Shown here: in pieces, positions 10,413 through 21,165 of the stretch
How positions within the stretch are numbered: position 1 is the stretch's first letter
Layout of the letters: every line of letters starts with the position of its first letter
Source: Nitrospirales bacterium
Lineage (GTDB): Bacteria; Nitrospirota; Nitrospiria; Nitrospirales; UBA8639
Direction: 5' to 3'
Assembly: GCA_963422365.1 (NCBI GenBank)
Contig: OY729426.1
Span: forward strand, 2,336,001 to 2,400,000
Length of the DNA stretch: 64,000 bases
Translations under genes and position numbers: made by a program
The notes under the pieces: generated by a model
Databases searched by the model: none
Told to the model about the DNA's origin: nothing
What the model saw: only the letters and a program-made list of their open reading frames with translations

Positions 10413-12534
10413 TTATCTCCAAAAGCTCAGCTTTTCCTCTCTTGCCCACTTAATAAAAGCTTCGGCGATGCCATCAGGTAATGCACCATTGTGGTTATGA
10501 AGATCATGATCAACAATCAGATGACCGTTTCTGTCCAGCTTGTCTTGTCCATTTTCATTTTTGAGATAGACATAATCGCCGGAATTGTTTTTACCGCCTT
10601 TCTCTGAAACGGCAAAAAGATAGGGTAGTCGTTGACTTCGGGGCAAAGCGGCCCTTTTTCTGAATCCTCATTCCACTTTTGCACACATAGTACGCTGGTC
10701 TTGGTGCCGGTATGCGGTTTGAAGGTGTTGCCGTGCAAGCCGATCACCGCCAAAATGCGCCCGCGCTCGGCGATAAACTCCCGAATGTGTTTATCCGAGG
10801 TGTTGTTGAAGCGACCTTGCGGCAGCACGATGGCCATGCGTCCGCCGGGTTTCAGAAAATCCAGATTGCGTTCTATAAATAGAATATCCCGCCCAACCTT
10901 GTTTTGCGCCTTTTTCCTGTCCGCTTTGAAACCAAGTTCGTATTGATGCAGGATACGACTTTCCCTGATATCTCCTGCGAAAGGCGGATTGGCCATGAGT
11001 AAGTCAAACTGGAACTGCTTGTTTTCTCCTTTGTTCGCTCTGAGCTTTTCAAGTCGGGCAAAGCCATTGCCGTAGGTGTTGATCCATTTTCTGTCCTGTT
11101 CGGTTCTATTGCCCCAGCGGTTAAAATCCAGCGTGTTCAAATGCAGCACATTGGTTTCCCCGTCTCCGGCAATCAGGTTCAGGGTTCGGGCCACCCTGAC
11201 CGTCTTTTCATCAAAGTCGATACCGAATACCTTCAGGGCATTCTGTTTGTCGCCCTCCGGGATTTCTTCATTGGTGAACAGATAGCCTGTCAGTTTGAAA
11301 ATGGTATGCACCGGAAATCCGCAACTGCCTGATGCCGTATCAATCATATATTCGCCCCGTTTGGGATTCAGCATTTGTACGCACATATCGATGACATGAC
11401 GCGGCGTGAAATATTGCCCTTTTTCGCCTTTGGCGGATTTGTTGACCAGATATTCAAAGGCTTTGTCCACCACCAGCAGATTGGAGTTGAACAACTTCAC
11501 GTCCTGCAAACTGGAAACACAGACGGCAAGATGGCTGTCGGATAGCTCAAAGGTTGCGCTTTCGGGGAACACGCCGCTCCATTGGTTTCTGGCCCGGTTG
11601 AACAAATCCTGGATTTTGTTTTTCAGCTCGGTGTCGGTCTGTCCGGTGCTCCGAAATTCCATGACGCGAAAGCCTTCATCGTCAATACCGCTGACCGCTG
11701 TTTTCACTGTTGCATAGTCTGACCCATCAATATAGCTAGGAGGAAGGGGATTACAAGTCGGTGGCGGTTCATGTACGGATGTTTTTGTCACTTGCTTCAG
11801 CAAGTAATTGATGATGCCCTTGTCCGGCTGGCTCTGGTATTCGTCATACAGCTTGGTGAATATGAGCTTGAACACCTCCTCGAATACATCTACCCCGGCA
11901 TTGGCCAGCACTTCGTCCTCCATTTCCAGAATGATGTCTTTCAGGGACTTTCTCTCATTGGCGAGTTTGTCCTTGACAACCAAATCTTTCAGGGTCAAGC
12001 GTTCGCTGAGTATGTCCTTGAGTGCTTGCGTTGCCTTAGGGACGCGGTGATGTCTTCACAATAGTTCGGGTCTTTGCGGTGGTAATGGGAAATCTTCTCA
12101 CCGTTTGTCCATGCACCGATGGGTGCGCCGGTGGCGTTGCAATAGGAACGAAGCTGGGCCTTGCCGTCTTTCAGCCTGGGCTTTTTTAACTCAACAATGA
12201 CATAGGCGGTGTCGGAGCGGTCCTTGTCGAAGATAACGATATCCGCTTTTTTCTTTTCCCGGCCAAAATTGACGGAATATTCAAATGCCAGCCGGTTCTC
12301 TGTATAACCGTACTCCTTCATAAGTCGCGCAGCATAAAGCTGACGGACGATTTCTTCCGGTTTGAGCTAGATTTCCCTGTCCCGAACAACGCAGGTCACA
12401 AAAGCGGTTTCCTTGCCTCTGATGGTTTTGGTGAAGATTTTTCCCCGTAAGGATGCAATTTCATCATCCGAGAACAGGGTGAGATGATCATTGCTGTCTT
12501 TGAGTATCGACTGGATCATATCCGGTTGTGTCAT
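10413..12534 (-). pseudogene. Fused endonuclease + N6-adenine DNA methyltransferase (type IIG/IIB-like or type I-derived R-M), fragmented
   Basis: N-terminal KPEEIVRQ...ADIVIF...IVELK nuclease domain; GQYFTPR, DTASGSCGF and ANPPF methylase motifs; TAG at 12367-12369; frameshifts near 12030 and 10630. Confidence 0.85.
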
Positions 12535-12587
12535 CTACGATCCGTTCCGTTTTGCGCGGCTTGCATGCCAGTATGGTTGGTTTGCAA

Positions 12588-12666
12588 AGATAACACTTCC
12601 AATAAACGGCTCAGAGCACGAGCCTGGGGGTGACTGCAGGAGACAAATTTAATTGCTTTGTTACGC
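12588..12666 (-). mobile_element. Integron attC-like recombination site (orphan)
   Basis: Minus strand GCGTAAC-AAAGC-AATTAAAT...GTTTATT-GGAAGT-GTTATCT: R''/L''/L'/R' layout, 79 bp, extrahelical base in L''. The upstream gene's TAA lies inside R''. Confidence 0.68.
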
Positions 12667-13290
12667 GTTTTCTGCTGCTGTGCGTCCATAACTAATTGCC
12701 AACGTTCTTTGACTGCTAGATAAAGCAGGACATATGATTTGGACGTGATCTGTTGTCATGCTTGCTCAGTCCTTCTTGTACTTATCTTTCGTCAGACTAA
12801 TCTTAAAGAAAGAAGGGCTGTGATCTATTCCGTTGAAGGAAAGACGCCAGAACACAACACAAGCCAATTGGGGATTTCAATGTTTATTCCTTAAGTAAAA
12901 ATCTAATGCATTGCTCAATATATTATTGTCTTCACTTACGGCAAGTGCTCTCAGAGCCTTGATGCATGAGTCGAGACGCATTTTTTCTCAATCTCATTAA
13001 GTTTTTTCTGAGAACTCTTCGCATCCAGCAGTATCCCGTTTTCGAAAACTTGAACCTGAAATTTTAAAATGCAGCTTGAGCCAAGCAGAAGGCAACGGTT
13101 TGTACGCCTATTTTTAATCTCAAAGTGATACCTAAGCTGCTCTTGACCGTATAGTTTGCAATCTTCAGTGGCTACCCCATAGTCCTCAACAGTTTCTGTG
13201 CAATCCCATTCTTTCAATGCCTCGGGCAGAGACCCTGCAATAGAAAGAGGCAATATATTTTCAGCTACTCTTTGCGGAGATGTCTTCTGC
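12661..13290 (-). pseudogene. Cassette-like hypothetical protein, fragmented
   Basis: AT-rich. PQRVAENILPLS...LRYHFEIKN...GSSCILKF continues through frameshifts/stops to LAISYGRTAAENA* ending at the attC; RBS AGGAGAGG present but no intact start codon. Confidence 0.62.
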
Positions 13291-13412
13291 CGCCTCTCCT
13301 TTTATTTGAGTTGAGGTATTGCGTCGGCCATGTCTAGCGGTTGCTATACCGGCCTAGCAGCAGTACCCAAGAACATGCTGAACGTCATGAACGGTTGATG
13401 ACAAAGAGGCCA

Positions 13413-14786
13413 TTACGAAGCAGGCTGATCCAGGAAAAGAGAAGACGGTTCAGGAGAAAGCAGAGCGGCAGGTTCTTCGGCCGCAAGCATGGTAAGAGTC
13501 ATGCCAGCCAAGGCCTCACGGACGGCTTGATCCCGTTGGCGCAGAAGCGATCCAACGGGATCGTTGCCTTCCTGCACCATCTCAGTTGGCGTAAATTCTT
13601 TATGCGCGACGAGTTGAAGTACTTCCAGCACGGTAATCTGTTCCGGTGGTCGTCCCAATGCCATTCCTTTGGGTTCGGCTGTTCGATGAATCAGACCGTG
13701 GTCAACGAAATTTTCGACAAGAGCTTCCAGCGCAGAAAGAGGTACGCCTAATTTCGTCGCCAATTGTTGCATCTGATAGGGTGGCGCACCAGCCATATAT
13801 TGGCGCGTGATGTAGACCAGCAGGGTCAGGGCCAAACGTTCTCGGAAGGCAGCGGTGCGTTGTTTCCATCGGAGGCGAGTCAGATAGGCGGTCGGATGCT
13901 GATGATAGTAGGCGACTTGCGCGCCGACTAAGACTATAAGCCAACCGATGTAGAGCCAGATGAGGAACAGAATCAGAATGGCAAAACTGGAATAGACGGC
14001 ACTATATCGCGTCGCTCCTGCGACAAAAGATGCAAACAGCACCCCAACGATTTTCCATAATATTCCGCCTGTCACTCCCCCTACTAAGGCTGATGCGAAG
14101 CGCACTTGAGTATGAGGAACGAACTTGTACAAGAACGTAAAACCAAGACAAATCAGCATAAACGGCATGAGGGCCGTCATCCAGAGGACGGCGATTCCCA
14201 CGGGCTCGATTTTTAATATGGTTTGCACGAGCCAGTGGCTCTGTGCCGAGGCGATGCTGGCAACAGCCGTGAAGACCAGCACGGGTCCCACCAAGACCAC
14301 ACTCAAATAGTCGGTAAATTTTCTTGTCAGAGGTCGCGCATCGCGCACTCGCCAGATATGATTGAGAGCTTCTTCGATTTTGTCGATCAGTGAAAACGTG
14401 GTATAAAATAATCCCGCCAGCCCAACTGCCCCTAAAGCACCCACTTTGAGGTTGTTGACGAATTCAACAATATGACCGGCAATTTCCGAGCCTTTTCCCC
14501 CCAACGGTTCCAGACCTTGAACAAGCAGCGGTTCGAGGTGTTGGTGCACGCCAAAGGCTTTCAGCACGGAAAACGTCACGGCCAGGAAGGGAACGAGTGA
14601 CAGCAACGTGGTCGAGACAAGACCCGTCGCTCGTATACTGAGAACGCCATCACGAAAATCCGAGACCGCCACTACGACCAACCGCAGAGGCTTGACATAA
14701 AAAGCTGTCAAGCCCTTGAGTGTTCCCGAGTCCTGAACCCACAAATCCCGACGAAAAAATTTCTCGGTTCGACCCAAGACGTTCAC
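13413..14786 (-). CDS. YihY/virulence factor BrkB-family membrane protein with C-terminal winged-helix domain
   Basis: TLLSLVPFLA, IEEALNHIW, LYKFVP, YSAVYSSFAILILFLIWLY; Rrf2-like tail (LGRPPEQITVLEVL). Confidence 0.88.
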   Translation of the reverse strand: MNVLGRTEKFFRRDLWVQDSGTLKGLTAFYVKPLRLVVVAVSDFRDGVLSIRATGLVSTTLLSLVPFLAVTFSVLKAFGVHQHLEPLLVQGLEPLGGKGSEIAGHIVEFVNNLKVGALGAVGLAGLFYTTFSLIDKIEEALNHIWRVRDARPLTRKFTDYLSVVLVGPVLVFTAVASIASAQSHWLVQTILKIEPVGIAVLWMTALMPFMLICLGFTFLYKFVPHTQVRFASALVGGVTGGILWKIVGVLFASFVAGATRYSAVYSSFAILILFLIWLYIGWLIVLVGAQVAYYHQHPTAYLTRLRWKQRTAAFRERLALTLLVYITRQYMAGAPPYQMQQLATKLGVPLSALEALVENFVDHGLIHRTAEPKGMALGRPPEQITVLEVLQLVAHKEFTPTEMVQEGNDPVGSLLRQRDQAVREALAGMTLTMLAAEEPAALLSPEPSSLFLDQPAS

Positions 14787-14955
14787 AGATTTTCCTTTAT
14801 CACCATTGCCCTAATTTCAAGATCTTCTGTTCAACCTCTACCCTGATAATTACGTAGGCTACAATGGCCATTCCCAAAAGTCCAGCAAAAGGCCGACTCC
14901 CCTTTCACGAGACTCGAAACAGTTGGCGCACGAATGGGTTTTTTATGATCCTGTT

Positions 14956-15538
14956 ATGATGAAACCGATGCTGCACAGAGAGATGGCTGGGTTTTTCTTT
15001 TGTCTCCTCCTCGTGGCTTGCCAAGAAAATATGCCCTCGCCCCCTGCCTCAAACTCTGAGCCCAACAGGTTACAGGCGGGTCACTCTACCACGGCAGAGC
15101 GAGTCCTTGTACAGGCGCTTTGCGAGGCCGAAACCAGCGGACAAGATCACGACCTTGCCGCCGCGTTGCATGATGTCGGTGCACGGTATCGGATTCAGAG
15201 AAATTGGGCTGCGGCCGAGCCCTATTTTTGGCGGGTCCTTCAGGTTTGAGCTTTCTCGGTCGGTGCCATGGATCCACACATGGCAATGAGCTTAAGCAGC
15301 CTGGCTTTGGTCTTTGAAACCAAGAAAGAATATACGAAGGCTATCACGCTTGGTGAAACAAGCGCTCACAATCAGAGAGGAGGCATGTGGCGTGGATCAT
15401 CCCCGGATCGTTCACAGTCTTGAACAATATGCCCGCTTGCTTCGGCTTTTGAATCGTATCGAGGAGGCAGAACAGATAGACGCTCGCCGGGCGCGTATTC
15501 TGGCACCAGAATGGACGGATCCAGGCTCTCGAGTGTGA
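14956..15538 (+). pseudogene. Tetratricopeptide-repeat lipoprotein, interrupted
   Basis: LLVAC lipobox; kinesin-light-chain-like TPRs (AEPYFWRVL, KQALTIRE...DHP...SLEQYA); TGA at 15247-15249 and frameshift near 15352. Confidence 0.72.
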
Positions 15539-15659
15539 AGCTTCACGACGCGTCTTGGGCAAAAATTCAAGACGCCCATCCCTGAACAATCCGACAACGC
15601 CTGACACCACCCCTATCTATCAACACGCTCTTTGCTCAAGACTCAAGGTGATCACGACT

Positions 15660-16565
15660 CTAGTCACGTACAGCCATGTTCATATCCGTTGCAAAATGCG
15701 CTCGCCGATTAGCCTGGAAACACGCTGCAGTAAACATATGGCATGCCGGCCGGTCCTTCCCAAAAGAGACCACAACCATCTGCTCTGAAGGAACCCCTAA
15801 ATGGGACAAATATTGCTTGACCATCGCGGCGCGTTTTTCGCCGAGGACGTAATTGTAAGCGCGCGTTCCCCGCTCATCGCAATGACCTTCAATGCTCATG
15901 CGTTCATGAGGGTGGGCTTTGAGCCACTCTGCATTGGATTCCAGAATGTAGTGAGACTTCTCAGAAAGCCGCCAACTGTCATACGCAAAAAAGACATCCT
16001 GGAGACCATGCGAAACATGTACGCCCTTTCTCTGAGCAGACCGATCCTTATGAGCATCGGGCACAGAATCGTCGGAAGAGCGTCCGGATACCGCCAACTG
16101 ATCCCGGGTCAGGGCCCGGGACATGCCTTTGATATTTTTCATCCCAGAAGGATCCAACAGTCCACTCCTTGTCGTGGACGATCGATCTGCAGAGGAAGAA
16201 GGGGTAGGGGGAATGGACGAAAAACCGTTCCATGTCTCCTGTCCCTCTCCAGCGAACATGGTCCCAAATTTATCGTCATGAAGGTCGGCTGCTGATAAAG
16301 CTTCTACTTCCCCTGATTGCATGCCGTCAGATAAGACCAAATCCTCTGCGTCTCCCAAGGGCGTCTCCTCAAGGTGAACAGAGCGAGCATCAGGGGCGTC
16401 TTTGCTATTCGCATGACCTGAAGCCTTATGATTGGACTTGCCTGAAGAAAGATCTGCTGAACCACTCGCACCACGAATGAATTTCTTCCCACAAGCCGAC
16501 GTCATCATGAGCAAACACGCCAAGAGCACCAACAGACCAATGATTGGTTTATGTGTTTTCATCAT
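15660..16565 (-). CDS. pal: Peptidoglycan-associated lipoprotein (Pal/OmpA C-terminal domain) with long N-terminal linker
   Basis: Lipobox TSAC; DVFFAYD, IEGHCDERGTRAYNYVLGEKRA, VSFGKDRP, NRRAHF. Confidence 0.85.
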   Translation of the reverse strand: MMKTHKPIIGLLVLLACLLMMTSACGKKFIRGASGSADLSSGKSNHKASGHANSKDAPDARSVHLEETPLGDAEDLVLSDGMQSGEVEALSAADLHDDKFGTMFAGEGQETWNGFSSIPPTPSSSADRSSTTRSGLLDPSGMKNIKGMSRALTRDQLAVSGRSSDDSVPDAHKDRSAQRKGVHVSHGLQDVFFAYDSWRLSEKSHYILESNAEWLKAHPHERMSIEGHCDERGTRAYNYVLGEKRAAMVKQYLSHLGVPSEQMVVVSFGKDRPACHMFTAACFQANRRAHFATDMNMAVRD

Positions 16566-16672
16566 ACTCCCCTCCTTTAACCAGACCCAGGTTATTCCCT
16601 ATCTGTCCTAAACTGTATCTCTTTTCATTCCCAAAACCCTTGTCGCGACGTTTATCTATAGAATAGGGTTCA

Positions 16673-16688
16673 TGCAAAAAGAGGACCA
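16673..16688 (-). promoter_or_regulatory. Possible sigma54 (-24/-12) promoter for pal
   Basis: Minus strand TGGTCCTCTTTTTGCA (GG-N10-GC), about 105 bp upstream of the start. Confidence 0.4.
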
Positions 16689-16913
16689 ATTTACAGAAAC
16701 ACAAAATCTCAAAAAGGGTCGAACGGGCTAATCACGACAGCCCAATAGGCTTACTGGCATTAGCCAAAGGTCTTTTGAAGAAGGGGACATAACCAAAAGA
16801 GGGGAATGCGAGAGAAGAAAGCCCGTGCGAATAGTGGCGGGGTAGCTGATGCTTTTTTTCAACAAGCGTTGCTTTTAACCAACGCTTTGAACCACGAATG
16901 ACCGCACGTCATC

Positions 16914-19095
16914 CTAAACGACTGAAGACCTCCAGCCACGCAACAATGTCGTCATGGCCTCACAGGGCAACGGCCGAGAACACAAAGAGTCTTGCATCGC
17001 CTGACACCCATGTGTGTGGAGAAACCTGACTTGATGAGGAGATGCTACCTCTTTCGCAATAACAGCCACCTGCAATTTTCGACCGATAGCCAGACACCGT
17101 TCAATGGCCATCATCGAATCAGGATTGTTGGGCGCGGCAACCACCAAAGAAGAGGCCAGGCTTCAATCGTTGAAAGGGAAGGCGCTGCAGCAACGGGGCT
17201 AACGTGTCTTCGTACACCACGTCATCCAAGACGCTCTCCACCACGCACACGTCCAACAACTTTTTGACAAGAGTGCCCACGGCCCGTTGTCGCAGACTGA
17301 CACCGGATTGATCAATTTCAAGACGGAGGGCTTGAGGGACAACACCCGTTTCTTGTAACACTCGTTGCACCATCGTCAGAATCTGATTAGGCTCTGAACA
17401 CCTCAAAGAAAGATTGACGGACATCGGCACGGCAGACAACCTTTGTGTAAACCCGGCCAGCCTGTGCAGACAGGCGGTCTTCAGCACCCATTCTTGAATC
17501 GCATCGAAAAAATTGGCCACCTCAGCTAAAGGCAAAAACTGAGATGAAAAGACCAATCCAAGCTCAGGATGGTGCCATCGCAGTAAGGCTTCGACGCCGA
17601 CAATCCGTCCTGAGCGTAGCGTGACCCCGGGCTGATAATGAAGGAGAAATTCCTTCCGGTCCCAAGCCCCTTCGAGATTCTTTTCCAAGATAAGCCGCTC
17701 AAACGCCTGCGCGTTCATTTCTTCGGAAACAAATTGATAGCAGTGGCCACCTTTCTCTTTTGCGCGATACATCGCGCGATCAGCCTGCGCAATTAATACA
17801 TCAGGATCGGTCGCATCGAAAGGATACAACGCAATCCCCACGCTCGCCGTGATAGGGATAGTCTGATGTCCCACAATTGCAGGTTGGCCGACGGTTTCCA
17901 AGACCTTTTGCGCCACATGCCCGGCATCCTGCCCTCGGGACAAATCTTGAAGCACCATGGTAAACTCATCGCCACTCAGCCGAGCGATGGTATCTGTGCT
18001 ACGCACACAACGAGCCAAACGATCCGCTACGATCTTGAGCAACGCATCCCCCATCTCATGGCCCAGGGAATCATTAATCGGTTTAAAACGATCCAGGTCG
18101 ACAAACAGGACCCCGACTCCCCGACCATGGCGCCTAGCTTGGGCTAATGCTTGCCTCAGTCGATCGTAGAACATGGTTCGATTGGGCAAATCGGTCAGAG
18201 GATCATGATGGGCCAAGTGGAATATCCTTGCTTCCGTCTCTTTGCGAACCGTAACCAAAGACAAGGTAATCGCCATGTGCCTCACAAGTTTTTCAAACCA
18301 TCGAATCGTGAACGGATCAAACGCGTCTCGACGCCCCCCATAGACGGCCAGCACCCCGAACGCCCGACCCTGTGTAGAGAAAGGAACCACGAGTTGCGAC
18401 GGGTATCGTCTGCCTCCTACGGGACGAGGCACCACATCAGCCCCGTCACGTTCCTCTTGAAGATGAAACGTTCTATGCGTATCCAGTACGGATTCCACAC
18501 AACGCCGTTCCTCGGCAGTCAACCCGTAAGATGGCGGACCCACGTTCACATGAGAGTCACCAGCCTGTGCGCACACGGAAATTTCTCCATCAGCCCCTCG
18601 TCTCGCCACCCAAACCAAGGGATAGGAAAAGCGTTGAATCAATTGATCGCACAGACGCGACAAGCTTTGTGAAAGAGAAAACCCTTCGAGAAGGTGTTCG
18701 CCCAGGGCTTGGAGCAATTGGTCGCCAGCCGCCAATTGCTTCCAAACCGACACGTCTCGAATCAACCAATGTATCGCTGCAATCCGACCCGAGCGATCCC
18801 GTAACGCAGAGATGGTGAGAAATGCGGAAAAACTCGCACGACCATTCGGAGCAAGAGTCATTTCCCATTCAAGACCAAACTCGCCTTTTTCGAACTTTTG
18901 GAGTTGGGACTGAAAGGCAACGCGCTCATCCAGTGCCAACAACGCAGGCAGATGCTGCCCAATCAGAGCCTGTTGCGACAGCTTGAACATATTTGCCGCC
19001 GTCTGGTTCACTGACTGGATGATGCCTCGAGCGTCGGTGACAAGATGGCCATCACGTGGAACACACTCATCCAACATCGCCAAAGCCCTCCTCAC
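16914..19095 (-). pseudogene. PAS-GAF-GGDEF-EAL c-di-GMP protein; EAL domain degenerate and frameshifted
   Basis: HDPLTDLPNR, DLDRFK, RSTD I-site, SGDEF, YQP, EALLRW. C-terminal EAL part (ending CSRPLP) is in a different frame (16914-17147). GGDEF half may still be functional. Confidence 0.75.
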
Positions 19096-19101
19096 CGAAT
19101 C

Positions 19102-19836
19102 TCATTCAGGAATTTTGACGATTCCCGCCTGTACATCGCGTTGGACTTGAGCATAACGTTCGGGTGTACCCACATCAGACCAGTACCCGGAAAAGACATA
19201 CCCGGCTACCGTTGCTCCTCGTTCCAACCACCACACATAGGCATCAATGATCGAAGAAAAAACCCCTTGAGAAACATGGCGCAACAGAAACGGGTCAAGC
19301 ACGTGGACGCCGGCAAACATGCGCCGTGACGGAGGCACGTCGCTCCTTTTAGCCATACGCCCCTTTCCATGAATACGCAATACCCGGTCATCCTCATCCG
19401 TCTCAATCACACCCCAGTGCTCGACAGCCGGATCATCACGGAGTGCCATGGTGGCAAGAGCCTCTTTTTTCCGGTGATACGCAACCAGTTGGGATAAATC
19501 GAGATCCACAATCGTGTCTCCATTGAACACAAGAAAGGGATTGTCCTCAAAAAACTCCTCAACGTGTTTGATGCCACCTCCTGTTCCAAGTAACACCGGT
19601 TCATAAGAATACGAAAGGTGCATGTGCCATTGCGACCCATCACCCAACGTTTGTTGGATTTGCTCACCGAGGTAGTGGAGATTAATCATCACATCTTCAA
19701 CGCCATGTCGACGCAGCAAAAGGAGATTCCACACAAGAAGCGGATAGGGCCCCAAGGGCAAGAGCGGTTTAGGAAGAGACTCCGTCAGAGGACGGAGTCG
19801 TATGCCAAGACCCGCTGCCAATACCATGGCTTTCAT
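19102..19836 (-). CDS. murU: MurNAc-1-phosphate uridylyltransferase-like nucleotidyltransferase
   Basis: MKAMVLAAGLGIRLRPLT..PKPL, LGTGGG, WSDVGTPE; directly downstream of amgK-like kinase. Confidence 0.8.
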   Translation of the reverse strand: MKAMVLAAGLGIRLRPLTESLPKPLLPLGPYPLLVWNLLLLRRHGVEDVMINLHYLGEQIQQTLGDGSQWHMHLSYSYEPVLLGTGGGIKHVEEFFEDNPFLVFNGDTIVDLDLSQLVAYHRKKEALATMALRDDPAVEHWGVIETDEDDRVLRIHGKGRMAKRSDVPPSRRMFAGVHVLDPFLLRHVSQGVFSSIIDAYVWWLERGATVAGYVFSGYWSDVGTPERYAQVQRDVQAGIVKIPE

Positions 19837-19846
19837 GGAATGGTCT

Positions 19847-20962
19847 TCACCACCATTCAGGAATATAGGGCGTGAGATGCAGGAGGAGAGATTCTAATTC
19901 AGGATATTTTTCTAAGTTCCGTCGCACATAGCCCAACGTCCGAGGAATATCTGCAAGAAACCTGGGATTCCCTTTGACCCGATCAATATACACAAATCGG
20001 CCGGCTGCTTTCAGATTGCGTTGAATGCTTGTGAAATCAAAGAGCCGCCGGAACGCCGCACGATCCGTCAAGATCATACGCTCCCGGATAGCCGGTTCTA
20101 GCCCTGCACACATCTCGCTGACATAGCGATCAATCATCTCATCAACAAACGCTTCATCCAAGGCAATGTAGGAATCCCGAAGCAGAGAGGCCAGATCGTA
20201 GGTTACAGGGCCTAGTAACGCATCCTGAAAATCAAGGACCCCTAGTCGATCCCCATCGACCATCAAATTCCGTGAGTGATAATCACGATGCGTAAACACC
20301 TGGGGTTGGCAGGCAAGCAATTCAGCCACAGCGGAAAACCCATCACGAATCACCGTTTCGTGACCCGCACACATCGGCTTTTTGTCATGCCTGACCCAAA
20401 TACCATATTCCAAAAAATGCTCAAACTCCCACATCAACAGTGGCTTATCAAACGAATGGGAAAAAGCCTGACACGGATCAGCACGGTATGCCGTAAGTCG
20501 CAGCTGCATCTGAACCAACGTATCAATAGCCAACGGATAGTATTTCCGAGCGACAGACTCCCCATCTTCGAGACAAGCCTGCAATAAGGTCAGATCACCG
20601 AAATCTTCGAGATACAGCAGCCCGGCTGCTTCATCATAAAAATGCAGTGCAGGGACCGAAATCCCTGCCTGGGCCAATAGCCGAAGGATAGCAAGAAACG
20701 GAAGTTCGTGGAGATCCGTGAGTACCCCGCTCACAGCCTCTTCCGAGGCCTTGAATCCTTCCTGATCCGCCAGTTGCATCAAGATCAGCGAGGGCATCGG
20801 CCCGTTTTTCAACTCGAGCCGATAATACCGCCGATTCGACGCATCTCCACACAATGACACCACATGAGCCAGCTCAGCACGAAAGGGCAGCCGGGTCCTC
20901 AGCGTCGTTTTCAACAGCATCGGGTCCGGTCTGAGCGATGAAGCAATGGTTTCAGGACTCAT
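19847..20962 (-). CDS. amgK: Anomeric MurNAc/GlcNAc kinase (APH-family phosphotransferase)
   Basis: GDASNRRYYR, LEDFGD, HRDYHSRNLM, LDFQDA, YDLASLLRD, QRNLKAAG. Confidence 0.85.
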   Translation of the reverse strand: MSPETIASSLRPDPMLLKTTLRTRLPFRAELAHVVSLCGDASNRRYYRLELKNGPMPSLILMQLADQEGFKASEEAVSGVLTDLHELPFLAILRLLAQAGISVPALHFYDEAAGLLYLEDFGDLTLLQACLEDGESVARKYYPLAIDTLVQMQLRLTAYRADPCQAFSHSFDKPLLMWEFEHFLEYGIWVRHDKKPMCAGHETVIRDGFSAVAELLACQPQVFTHRDYHSRNLMVDGDRLGVLDFQDALLGPVTYDLASLLRDSYIALDEAFVDEMIDRYVSEMCAGLEPAIRERMILTDRAAFRRLFDFTSIQRNLKAAGRFVYIDRVKGNPRFLADIPRTLGYVRRNLEKYPELESLLLHLTPYIPEWW

Positions 20963-20970
20963 ACCCTTGA

Positions 20971-20999
20971 ATTATACGGCGTCTCACCGGCTCTGTCAC
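20971..20999 (-). promoter_or_regulatory. sigma70 promoter of amgK, near-leaderless
   Basis: GTGACA-17 bp-TATAAT, ending 8 nt before the ATG at 20962. Confidence 0.6.
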
Positions 21000-21165
21000 T
21001 TTGCAATATCGGGATACCCAAAGGTAAGCTATAACTTCTGTGCGAATCCGTCCTTTCAAGCGGACTCTCTGAGAGGTCTCCCCAACGCGTGCCGAGCCCT
21101 TGTTTCCTCATATGATGAACCCACCTTGGACAAAGCCTATTGACACGGGAAGGAAAGGAGCAGGC

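Noticed and set aside
13320..13400. Second attC/attI upstream of the cassette gene
   Set aside because: Only a degenerate GCTAGAC; no matching R''/L boxes found.
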